A stretch of 64,000 nt of DNA, taken from the NCBI GenBank assembly GCA_965113315.1, contig OZ220365.1; one strand, written 5' to 3'. Origin of the DNA: Podarcis vaucheri (Eukaryota). Each line of letters begins with the position of its first letter. Position 1 is the stretch's first letter. Below the pieces are notes generated by a model. The model ran no database searches, was not told the DNA's origin, and saw only the letters and a list, made by a program, of their open reading frames with translations. Below are positions 52,922 to 64,000 of the stretch, piece by piece. The position numbers were made by a program, and so were the translations under genes.

Positions 52922-54341
52922 TGTCATTAACTGGGAGGATGATGGGGAGGAGGGAAAGGATCCTGGCGAGGTGTGTAGCCAGGGTTGGGACATGCTGAAG
53001 CAAGGAAGGGTTGGGGAAGGAAGCACAAACTGGGTGACTGAGGGTGGCAAGGGGATGGAGGTCAAAGCACAGGAACCGGAGGAGGAGGACTCACCACCAG
53101 ATCCAGAGAAGACCCTGTCTCCACAAACACGGCAGGCTCTAAGGCCTAGGGAGCAGCAGGAGGGGTGCTTTAAGAGGCCGAGGCCTACAGCCCAGCTTCC
53201 TAGCTGGCCAGGTAGGGGTTGCTAGCTCTGGGAGAAGGTGTGTAATTCCTCTGCTAAAGTAGGTTTGGAACAGGTGAGGGTCACCTGCCTCGTGATGCAA
53301 CAATAAGTATGCAAAGTATGAAAGGGAAGCAGAGCTGAGGTGCTGTGTCTGCTCAACTTCCCCTGTTGGTGGACCTTGGCTTGGATTCTCCTGGACCTCT
53401 ACATGACTGTGCTTCAGGTTTGACTCTGGACTGCATCCTGACTGCTGGACTTGGCTAACTTGGCCTGACCCTGGACAGTGTTTCCTGACTTTTGGGCTTT
53501 GGGCTTTGCTTGCTTGGATTGATGCTGGGACTCTGAACTTTGGACTTGACATACTGACTTGCTACCAGGTAGGCCAGAGGTTTAGGACAGTGTTTCCCAA
53601 CCTTTTTTGGGCAAAGGCACACTTGTTTGAAGAAAAAAATCTCGCGGCACACCACCATTACAGCCCCGTGACGTCAGCGCGCAGCGTCACGCCGGGAGGG
53701 ACGCACGAAAGTGAAAGTTTTCAATTTTTCCCCCTCCCCCTTGCCGGGGAACCTCCAAGCTTTGGGGGTGGGGGGGGAGGAGGCAGCGCAGCAAAGCGAG
53801 GGACTGAGGGACGGCGGCAGCTGAGGCGGCGGCTGTTGTGGTGGTGGCGGCGATAGCGGGCGGAGGAGGGGGCGGCGGCGGGGCCGGTGAGGGAGTAGGG
53901 TTGCCCGGGGCTTGAGGAGCCGTCGCCGGGAGTTGCTGCTGCTGTTGTTGCTGCTGCTGCCCGGACATGCCGGCCTCCTCCTCGTCCGCTGTCTCGCGCT
54001 CCTCCCTTTTGCACGCGCTCCCCCTCCGCCGCCCCATTGGCTGGGTCCTGTCAGCTGATCTTCCTGTGTGTGTGTGTGAGGGGAGAATGGAGAGAGAAAC
54101 CTCGGCACCACCACCGCGGAGCCGTCCCCGGCTCGACGCGGATCCTCGCCGCCGCCGCCTCTCACCGCCCGACTCGCCCGCCTCCCTCCCACGGCACACC
54201 AGCCAACCTCTCACGGCACACTAGTGTGCCGCGGAACACCGGTTGGGAAACACTGGTTTAGGACAGCAGAAGTCAGTGGTGCTGTCAGGGCAGGCCTTGG
54301 GGACTGAAGCAGGGCCCTGTCCTGCAGAACGAGCCATGATA
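52922..54341. mobile_element. Possible old LTR-like element hosting the hAT insertion
   Basis: TGTCAT...ATGATA ends and an LTR-like GACT/TGGAC-rich segment; no convincing TSD. Confidence 0.35.
53588..54255. mobile_element. Non-autonomous hAT element carrying a CpG-island-like cargo
   Basis: TIR CAGTGTTTCCCAACC/GGTTGGGAAACACTG; perfect 8-bp TSD GTTTAGGA (53580-53587, 54256-54263); subterminal CGGCACAC repeats. Confidence 0.92.
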
Positions 54342-56370
54342 ATTCTTGGATTACAGTTGCTGAAGTTCTACCTGTTGGTTCTTGGATAGAAGCCAAGTGG
54401 ACTATTATGTTTACCTTCCACATAACCTTTACAGATGATGCACAATACAGGGCTATCAACCTGCAGGGCACAGGTTTCATTAGGCAGGTTGCCCCATGTG
54501 TCAATTATAATTATGCACAAGGCAAGATGAAACGCTCCAGCAGAACTCCAAAAGGAAGACACACTCCCTTCTTGCTCAAGGCAAACTCAATTCAAGTGAG
54601 TCTTCATTACAGCCTCCACCAAACTTTTAAAGTAATTTCACCCACCAGCGTTAATCCATCAGTATCACCCAGGGATGTCAAGGAGAGGTTTGCTCTAAGG
54701 AAATTCAGCCCTTGGGTTTTAACTAAGGCAAACCACTCTGTTACTGTCTTATTGTCTCTGGCAATATCAGAAAATGGAAAAAGTACTACATATATCTTTA
54801 GGGTTACCACTAATCCGGATTCCTCATTGTTCTTCTAATCAAGCCATCAGGCATTCTGGTCAAGGAGGTCAGGTCAGGGAGGTCAAACTATTCCATAAAG
54901 GGAGGGAATCCAGGTTTAGAATTTATGTTTGACTCACAGTGTTATTTTTTAACTAACGTTTGTACTTCCATTCTAGTTGTACAGTTTGCACTGAAGATCG
55001 GAACAAGGAATGGTTAGGTCAATGGAGGCTGAAGCAATGATAAAGGGTTGATTCTCGGCTTCTTGGCTGAACTTGTGGGAGGGGGAGAGAAATGGATCAC
55101 CAATTATTATGTCCAGCATCACCCTACCTAGAATAAGCCTTTAGCCTTCCTATGATTCTTACAGCCAACAGGTCCAGAAATTTATTTTCCAGCTCACAGA
55201 ACCCACCTTGCTACATCTTTTCTTTTCAGAATTCAAAGTTAAATTACCTTTTGTCCTCCAAGAGAAAAAGGGGGAAGCTTGTTATCTTAGTTAACATCCT
55301 TCCACATACACACGCTCTGAAAAACACACACAAGTTGTTCAGAAAGCAAAAGACATCCAGGCAGAGATCAAGGGAGCTGAGAACTCTAGATGTAATTATT
55401 TTCCCCAATACAGCCATTACTAATTTTGAGAAGTAGTAAAAGTGCAACATTGATAATAATGGAGTACATTTGTGCACCTATATCTGCATTGTATAATTAT
55501 CCTAATCAAAGATTTGTGGCAGAATTTTATGGCCGAATCCTGCGTATATTTACTTGGAAGTGGTCCCACTGATTTCAATGAGACTGGAAAACACTAGAAA
55601 TGTGTACAAGTTTTCAGCCTTAAAAGCAGCAACCTTTGCTTAATGATCAAAGAAAAGGAGCACCCTCACACACTTCAGCCTGTGTGTCATCATCTCTACA
55701 TGTGGGGTGGGCAACAAGGGGCATGGTCAGGGACCACATGTCAGTGGGCATGGCCAAAATAGACCATGGGTGGAGCATGGGCTGCAGATAGGTAAGGCCA
55801 CTGATACTCATTCCTCTGTATGCTATCCAGCACCACAGGTAGACTCCACTCAGCCTGCAACACAATGATTGGTCAAACTGGGGGAGTGAGATTTACCTGC
55901 AACACTCAGTGGGTGAGGATTCAGAAGTATGGGTGGGCTTGTAAGAACATCTGGGGACCCAAGGTTGAAAAATGCTGCTCTAAAACAATACTGTGATGAC
56001 TCTAAACAAACTGTACTATAGAACTTACTCTATAGGAGGGATTGTGGTTTCATCGTTGGTTGCTTTTTTAAGATAAAGGAAGCTAACACTGAAAAGCTGG
56101 GGCGTGCAACCAGCAAAGAAAATCAAATGGCAGGCCTCTGCAATAAGAGGAAGTGGGTAACCTGACATGTTTCCACTCTTTTAAAAAGGCCTACAGGAAT
56201 TGCATAACATGACAGCTCGAAGCCTATGGTGGAAGAATGCTCGAGATCTAAATAAGAGAAGAGACGTGTGTCAAGACAGCATGAGTAGAAGATAGTTGTT
56301 CATCACCACCACCAGTAATGTTACAGTCACTATCCAAGCATTGCTTTGGATTTTCACAGCTATGTTCTAC

Positions 56371-56599
56371 TAGGGTTGCCATGCACCCAGAATTTCCCAG
56401 ACATTGCCAGGATTCAGCCATTGGAAACAGTGTCTGGGCAGGAATTGCTTTAATTTCCGGGAAAATCCAGACTTATGGCAACCAAGTGTGTTTTAATAGA
56501 TCTTGCAAAACTAAAAGAACCTCAACGACTTTGGCCAAAAACAAAAAGCTCAACAACGTTTGTGTCCGGATTTCCACTTTTTGAAATACAGCAACCCTA
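56371..56599. mobile_element. hAT (Blackjack-like) MITE
   Basis: TAGGGTTGC...GCAACCCTA termini; GTTCTAC direct repeats on both sides. Confidence 0.75.
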
Positions 56600-57224
56600 G
56601 TTCTACACATGCTCCAAAAACCTAATGAAAACAGAGGCTGAAAAGCATAGGGTTCTGCCTGCTGTCAAATAATTGTTCTCTGGAGCCTTCAAAATGCACA
56701 GGGTTCTCCGCTGTGGCAGAGGCGCGGCATGGAACAGATATCTAGATTCTTTCCAGAGCAGAACACAGGCATTTGTACCTTTCTTTAAAAAGTACAAAAG
56801 TACAAACTTCCACAGCCCATGCAACCAACAGACGAACACGGCAAAAAAACATTGTCAGTATTTCTTAACTCTCCAATGGGGGTGGGACACTTGGGGCCCC
56901 CCAAATCATTTCTGGACTCCAACTCACATCAGCCTCAGTCAGTGGCCAGGGATGATATGAACTGCACTCCAGCTATATCTGGGAGGGGGGTCACAGGTTG
57001 CCCACCCCATATACTCTGCAATAGGGGGAGAAAGATGTGGCAGCTAACTGACAACCAGAAGAGTTCCTTGGAAGCCACATTTTTCCCGAGAGCTTCAAAG
57101 GAGGAAAAATGAAATTCCATTAGGACAGTTCTTCCTCCTACCCAAGTGTCAGAAGAGTAAGCTCATAGGCGTACTCTTGAGTGCCTACTCAATTCCAATA
57201 CTCAGGTTGTGTGTCATTTGCCAC

Positions 57225-57432
57225 TAGCCGTGATGGCTATGGTCTGCCTCCGCTGTCAGAGGCAGTTTCCCTCCAAAGACCAGTTGCTGGAAATCACAGG
57301 CGGGAGTGTGAGCTGTGCTGCTTATGTTTCGCTTGTGAGTTTCCCATAGGCATCTCTGGTTGGCCACTGTGAGAACAGGATGCTGGACGAGATGGGCTTT
57401 TGGCCTGATCTGGCAGGATTCTTCTCTTCTCA
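57225..57432 (-). repeat. Unclassified squamate interspersed repeat
   Basis: ttggccactgtgagaacaggatgctggac..gatggg..tggcctgatc; related copies near 6390-6510, 14040-14100, 39280-39450 and 58725-58836. Confidence 0.65.
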
Positions 57433-58434
57433 ACGATATAGCCAGTATTTATTAACAACTACCCAAATTACAATTCCTAGACACTGACACACACCCAACA
57501 TCTCCACCATTAATACTTGAAATGCAACATTCCTCACTAAGCTTCCATTCTAGAAAGTTAGGGTTAACACCAAATGGATTTGTTTAGACATGGGTTTTAT
57601 TTATAGCAAATGGGGGTGAAATTCCAGGATCATACACGACCTTATATACCATAGTCTCTTTCTAAGTATAACTGTACTTGGGTACGCATATCTAAAAAAA
57701 GATTCAAGAACCACTGCGAATTATACGAACTTTCACTTCAGATGTAGGTTGTGGGTAGATGTGAAATTCCCCTGCAGCACGTTTCAGGTGCAGGAAGGAG
57801 ACCAGAGGTGCAAGAGGGGAGCTCAAACTGGGACTGGATACCAAGCTCTTACCCTACAATGACAGAGTGTCATTATAGGCTTGTTCACATGTTACTCTTG
57901 AACACAGGTACAAGCAATCTCTGCACAAGTGTTTCTATGAGAGTGTCCACTTGCTGATGGGCGGGGTGTAATTATTATTATTATTATTTATTATTATTAT
58001 TAAGCATGTGAACACCACTTATGTGATAAACATAGCATTGCTTTAGGGGCTTCAAAGGGGGTATGGAAACAACCAGCCCTTAGCAGCTGGCTTCATACAC
58101 CTCACCTCCACCGCCCAATATAACTCCTCCAAAAAAATGACAATATGCCCCGTGTTTTACTTTTGAAATCAAGCTGTGAAACAGGAGGCATTTTGACTAA
58201 AGCGCAGCCTGTATCAAATGTATGAAGGAAGCACATGGATAATTAAATGTCCCTCCCTCCAGAAGCTGAGCACAATTGATGCCAATATCTACTCTGTCCA
58301 CCATTTTGATGGTTTTATGCCATGAAGCAGTCTATAAGCTTGGTTCATAATAACACACATTTTCCACTCAGAGGGGAGGAGGAGGCAAGTGTGTATATTT
58401 TACGCATTTAATTTTTATTTATTATTACGTAATA

Positions 58435-58655
58435 AGAGAGGAGATTCCTGCTAAACACCAGGAAGAACTTTCTGACAGTAAGAGCTGTTTGACAATGGAA
58501 CTCTCCCTCGGGAAGTTGCGGACTCTCCTTCCTTGGAGGTTTTTAAGCAAAGGTTGGGTGACCATCTGTCATGTAATGATCTAGTTAAGATCACTACATT
58601 GCAGGGGGTTGGACTAGATGACCGCTGGGGTGCCTTCCAACTCTATGAGTCTATG
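58435..58655 (+). mobile_element. CR1 LINE 3' end
   Basis: aggaagaactttctgacagtaagagctgtt...ctccttccttggaggtttttaagca...gggggttggactagatgacc...ttccaactctatgagtctatg (CR1 3' UTR and ATTCTRTG-like tail). Confidence 0.88.
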
Positions 58656-58838
58656 GCATTTATATCCCACCTTTTCTCCAAGGAGCTCCATGTGGCATAC
58701 ATAGTCCCACCCTGTTGATATTACCCTCCAGTCCAGCATCCCATTCTCACAGTGGCCAACCAGATGCCTGTGGAAAACCAGCAAGCAGGACAGGAGTGCA
58801 AGAGGCCTTTTCCAACCTGTGGCTTCCAGCAACGGGTA

Positions 58839-59184
58839 CAGTGGTACCTCAGGTTAAGAACTTAATTCGTTCTGCAGGTCCGTTCTTAACCTGAAACTGT
58901 TCTTAACCTGAGGTACCACTTTAGCTAATGGGGCCTCCCGCTGCCACCGCCGCATGATTTCTGTTCTCATTCCTGAGGTAAAGTTCTTAAGTGGTGGTGC
59001 TACTTCCAGTTCTTAAACTGAAACTGTTCTTAACCTGAGGTACCACTTTAGCTAATTGGGCCTCCCACTGCCACCGCCGCATGATTTCTGTTCTCATTCC
59101 TGAGGTAAAGTTCTTAAGTGGTGGTGCTACTTCCAGGTTAGTGGAATCTGTAACCTGAAGCATCTGTAACCCGAGGTACCACTG
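58839..59184. mobile_element. Same MITE family with internal 127-bp tandem duplication
   Basis: TA TSD and TIRs; unit repeated at ~58883 and ~59010. Confidence 0.9.
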
Positions 59185-59921
59185 TATTCAGAAGCATTAC
59201 TGCTGCATATGCTTTACTCACTCGAAATATTTTGCACATGTCACACAACCAGCCTCAGAAAAAAGAACTTCTGGAACTTTCTACAACATGACATGCTCCT
59301 CAGAATTGTCGGCTGTGACACATGAAAGGCCACTTCACACAGGCATGGACATCGCTCAGAATCTAGATGATTAACAACTGAACCTGTGAACCACACGCCA
59401 GAAGAGGGGACATTTGCCTGAGGTTTTCCCATCTGCAGTTGGATTTACAAAGCCACTGGTCACTCGAATGTTTCAATCACAGAGTGACTCGACAAACTTG
59501 CGAACCCTGACACACTTGTTTTTGGAAAGCAGCGATACATTACACAATGCTTCAAAATCAAGACGTCTCTACCTTCTAGAACAAGGGTCATTGTTGCTGT
59601 TGGGTCTACAGCCATTAGTCCTGCAGGCTGAGGCAGGCTGGGAGTACAATGGGACAGCGTTCTTCAACCATGGGTCTCCCATCATTCTCAGCTCACTTAG
59701 CCAGTGGTCAGGAAATATGGGAGTTGTAGTTCAAAACCTGGGGACACAAGATTGAAAAGCACCAATCCAGAGAGCCCCATATTAGCCATCCCTACTCCTG
59801 CTTTGCAAGGGTTGTACTAGAAGACCCTCAGGCTCCCTTCCAACTACAATTCTGTGATATTATCAGGCACTGAAATGCTAGATCCCAAGCGCTATACCTT
59901 TTCAGAATATCTGAACCCATA

Positions 59922-60268
59922 AAGGTAAAGGGACCCCTGACCATTAGGTCCAGTCGTGACCGACTCTGGGGTTGCAGCGCTCATCTTGATTTATTGGTTG
60001 AGGGAACCGGCGTACAGCTTCCGGGTCATGTGGCCAGCATGACTAAGCCGCTTCTGGCGAACCAGAGCAGCGCACGGAAACGCCGTTTACCTTCCCACCA
60101 GAGCGGTACCTATTTATCTACTTGCACTTTGACGTGCTTTCAAACTGCTAGGTTAGCAGGAGCAGGGACCAAGCAACGGGAGCTCACCCCGTCACGGGTA
60201 TTCGAACTGCTGACCTTCTGATCGGCAAGTCCTAGACTCTGTGGTTTAACCCACAGCGCCACCCGCAC
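59922..60268 (-). mobile_element. Sauria SINE
   Basis: Full-length, near-identical to the 40489 copy; flanked by CCCATA direct repeats. Confidence 0.93.
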
Positions 60269-61050
60269 CCCATACTTGCTAGCTAAGCTGGTAGAGGACT
60301 ACACACTGAGGCTGTTTGGAGCACCCCCCAAGTGCTGTGCAGGGGACAATATCACCACTCTCTGCATGCCTTGGAATCCTTTGTACATGTGCTGAGCAGC
60401 TTAGCAGCACTGGCTTTCTCTGTGCTCGTCCAAGATCAATTGAGGAATCCATTCTGGGTGCTGCAATCCACTCCAGAGTTTGGGTAGAACAGAACTGGAT
60501 TCCACTCTCCACCAAAAACTCCCCAAGCAAAATTGCTAGAGAGGAAGCCAGTTATCTAATCAGCCAAATATGTGCAGTTTGAACACGAGCGCCTATATTA
60601 GTTACACAGCAGCAACTAGCACACTGAGAGAAAAAGGGTAGGTGATGTTTGCACTGTGGGAAAGCATGCAACTCATACGAATCCGGTTTCTCTCCGTGCT
60701 CAGACAGCATGTGGCAGAGGGCAAAAGGGTCCGTTTCACTTTTCCATTTCTCAAAGGGGTTTGGAAAGAGGAGCCTTCTCCATGGCCCCTCCCGTTCCCA
60801 ATCGCCAGCATTCAAGCACATCCACCCGAGTTAAGCTGTCAGGGTGAATAATTTGCAGCGCTCTGGAACAAATGAACTGGGAGCGTTCCATCCACTGGCA
60901 AGGTCAATTCCCCACCTCCACCCCCATTCCATTCGCTAGTTACCTGGAAAGGCAGGTTCATAAACAAACTCAGTCCTAAAGTAGATCATGACATAGCACT
61001 GCAGTCCCTTTTGGGTATTCGAAGCAGCTAGTTTATAAAGGATTCATACC

Positions 61051-61180
61051 CCTGGGCATAGCCAGGATTTTTGTTAGGGGGGTAGGCTTTTGTTAGGAGG
61101 GGGCAGAACCTCAGATTTGTATTATTTTGATTGATTGGGGGGGGGAGAGTTGCCCCCTGCGTCCCCCAGCTACACCCATG
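61051..61180. mobile_element. Short hAT-like MITE
   Basis: CCTGGGCATAGC...GCTACACCCATG; decayed TSD TTCATACC/TCCAGACC. Confidence 0.6.
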
Positions 61181-61724
61181 TCCAGACCCTGCCCTTTCAT
61201 CATTCTTCGCAGAGTGCCTTCTCTCCACAAAACCTAGACTTGGGGTGGGGAAACATTGCCCTCAGATGCTGGAATTCCAATTTAGCCAGTGTCGCCAATA
61301 ATCATAGGCGGTGTTAGAAACTCAGATATATAACTGAATTGCCAAATGGTGTCTTAAACCTAGGTTATGGCCGCCACTATGGAATATCTAGGCACCATTC
61401 CCCACCCTGTGGAGTTTATTGTTGTCATTTCTTTACCGTTTTGTATTTTAAAGAACTGATCTCAAAGTGGTTTACAACACATTAAAACATCAAATAAAAC
61501 AAATTTAAGCTTCAAGGAAAATATTTCAGGTCCTGTTCTAAGTGATATTTTGCTCTCCCCCCCCCCCCCCGTCACCAGCCTGGCATGCAGAGATCTCCAC
61601 AACTGGACATGAGGTAGTCACAGAAATGCACCTGGCGCCTGGCTAATTTCTAACACTGATCAAAGGTGGTGGGAGTTGTAAGTCCAGCAACATCTGAAGG
61701 ACCATAAACTCCCAATTCCTCATT

Positions 61725-61873
61725 TAGAATCATAGAATTGTAAGTTGGAAGAGACACACAGGGTCCTTTGGTCCAACCCCATAGAATGCAGGAATCCTGC
61801 CCTCAGCTATCCCTGGGTGGGCTCGAACCACCAGCCTTCTGGTTAACAGCCAGATGGACACACTGACCAATTA
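61725..61873 (-). mobile_element. SINE: tRNA-Asn-like head plus CR1 3' tail
   Basis: Minus: ggctgttaaccagaaggctggtggttcgagcccacccaggga...attcctgcatt..ggggttggacc..ttccaac..attctatgattct. Confidence 0.72.
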
Positions 61874-63119
61874 TGATCATCATTTTCTTTTACTCCCAAG
61901 TTTCCAGTATATGAATGCAAAACAAGGTTCTATCAACTAGAAGTTGAAGGCGGGGTGGGGGGGTGGGATCAGGATGAATGCTGGGTGGGAAAGAAAATAT
62001 AAGATTTCCCCCACTTTTGAGCTATTGCTATTCTTTAACTGTACTTCAGAATTTAGTTCTCTCCTCTTCTATCACAAATGCATACATTAATTAAAATGTA
62101 TATCCAGAGAGATATTTGTTTCTGCATGACAATGCTGAGGTGAACATAACCATTTAAGACTAGATGAAAGCAAACATTCCCCCCTGTTTTCCCCCAATTA
62201 GCAAAACCTAAGAAACCTTAAGGCAATTCTGGGATGATGCAGAAGCCTGCAGCTATATCAACATGGGTATATTTGGAATGACTGTTTGAATAAAGCTAGG
62301 GCATTCATATTTTTAAAATACATAAATTAAATATGTGCTGTGTGTGCTAAATTGTACATAATACATGTTGATGTTGCTGTCTGCCGAAAAGCAGAGTTGC
62401 CTGTGTTGGTTTAAGGCTCAACCCTTGAACTCCAGACCAACACAAGACAACTTTTTTTGGAGGATTGTGATTGCTCCAAGTTACCCAAGCATCTTCAGTC
62501 TCTAAAGCAGTGGGACCTTGCCTTTTACAAACTGGTTGCTCCAATGGAATCTTGCACCTGGGGTCAATGAATCAGTTAGGTTTCACTGGGCTGGTACAAG
62601 CACTTATTGAAGCCATATTGCTGGTTCTTATCATCGTAGTTTAGAACCACTGGCTGTAGGGATTCCTCCATGGTGGAGAAATGGAAGAAATAAGGCAGAA
62701 CAATTCCAGGAAATTTCTTTCACACAGAACAGGATGATGGATATTCTGGAGTAGCAGCAGTCTGAAATAATTTCCCCCAATAAAGCCCATGAATGCCCAA
62801 CCTCATATTTTTAAGATGACGTTTTTATTCTGGAAGGTTAATAACCCCTCAACACTGTAAACTGATCTCAGTATGATTTTGTATTGTTTACAATGTTGAA
62901 TATTAATGGTGGAGTTGTTATAGCTATATTAGTAATTTACTGAGTGGAGTATACAATGCTAAAAATGCTTCGAATTAAAGAAAAGCAGGAGGAAATGTCT
63001 CTCTCATCTTAATCATGATATAGTGTTCTTTTGGTTTGACTACATATTCATTTCTTTCCAACCTCTGTTTACAGTCCCCCAAAAGTTGTGTGTGTAGACC
63101 TGCAATTCCTGATTAACAT

Positions 63120-63195
63120 GTCAGATGAAGTGGACTGTAGTCTACTAAAGCATATGCCATAATAAATTTGGAAGGCTTTAAGGTGCTACAAGACC
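63120..63195 (+). mobile_element. Degraded Penelope pseudo-LTR fragment
   Basis: cagatgaagtggactgtagtctactaaagc...aataaa...ctttaaggtgctac; the last motif is shared with 50802-50815. Confidence 0.6.
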
Positions 63196-64000
63196 CACTG
63201 CTATAGTTGGGAGAAACTTGGTTTGGTTTCCATTCTAATTCATTAATGGCTCAAATTCACATATCCCATAAGAATGTACAAACCAAATTGCTTCGATCTT
63301 CCAAAATCCTCCAATTTTTGTGATGCAGTTCTCCAACTAATGTATATACACAGTGCATATTAGGGAAATGTGTATGTTAAAAAAAATGCATTTATTTGTG
63401 AAAAATCAAATATGCAAAAAAGCAGTAAACCGGGGAAACTACCTGATCCTTGGGATCCCTTCCAACTCTATGATTCTACATTCAAAAATGTGTCCTGTTA
63501 CGAGAAATGCAGACTAAAATAATGAATTCTCATTAAAGACTTAACAAACTGATGCAGAAAAGTGGTGAACCGAATTCAAGATTTGAGAAATGATAAAAGT
63601 GAAGAAACTGACAGATCCTTCGATCTGCTTGCAACAGCTGAACATGGTTGTTCCTCTGGAAGTCGTTACAGATTTGTTCCCCCCTCTTCAAGTCAGCAGA
63701 TGCAACAAATATGTTAGCATGTAATATCTAACTAGGTCTCAGAAAACCCTTTCTCTAGATTAAAGGAGACCTCTCTTTCTAACTCGAGTCACTGTAGAGA
63801 ACTACTAGATCTTTGTTTTTGTTTGTCCACTGGGCTCAAGGAACCCACAGGCTGATTAAAGCAACACAGAACTAAAAGTGCCATAGAATTTCCCCTGAAG
63901 CAAGACCGGAGCCAAATTTGGAGGCTCCTCTGAAATGAAACATCTGTAGCAATTTCTGAGAAAAGATCTAATACTTCAGTTAAGATCAAAGGTATTTCCT

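Noticed and set aside
52391-53065. 224-aa minus-strand ORF
   Set aside because: Crosses a MITE and LTR-like DNA, starts at a non-ATG codon, and has no domain similarity.
53660-54190. CpG island as the native DUSP10 promoter/first exon
   Set aside because: It is bounded by TIRs and a perfect TSD, does not encode the DUSP10 N-terminus, and lies downstream of where the rhodanese exon must be.

Overview
Vertebrate (squamate, probably lacertid lizard) genomic DNA, judged from Sauria SINEs and typical squamate L2/CR1/Penelope/MITE repeats. The only host gene I can support is the 3' half of DUSP10 (MKP-5) on the minus strand. It has an internal coding exon at 42132-42512 and a last coding exon at 36372-36637 carrying the HCQAGVSRS catalytic motif, followed by a ~1 kb 3' UTR. 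Positions 42513-64000 are inferred to be the large upstream intron (the rhodanese/KIM exon is not in the window), and 1-~35300 is downstream intergenic DNA. The rest is dense with transposable elements, several of them nested. The most unusual object is a 668-bp non-autonomous hAT element (53588-54255, perfect 8-bp TSD) that appears to carry a captured CpG-island promoter plus the coding start of an unidentified polyQ/polyP gene, in sense orientation inside the DUSP10 intron. Other notable items: an intronic cluster of three ATGACATCAGCTC (ATF2/Jun-type) sites, SINEs with three different tRNA heads on one CR1 tail, and a perfect 150-bp loopless palindrome derived from a Penelope element. No database searches were run; family names rest on motif recognition.
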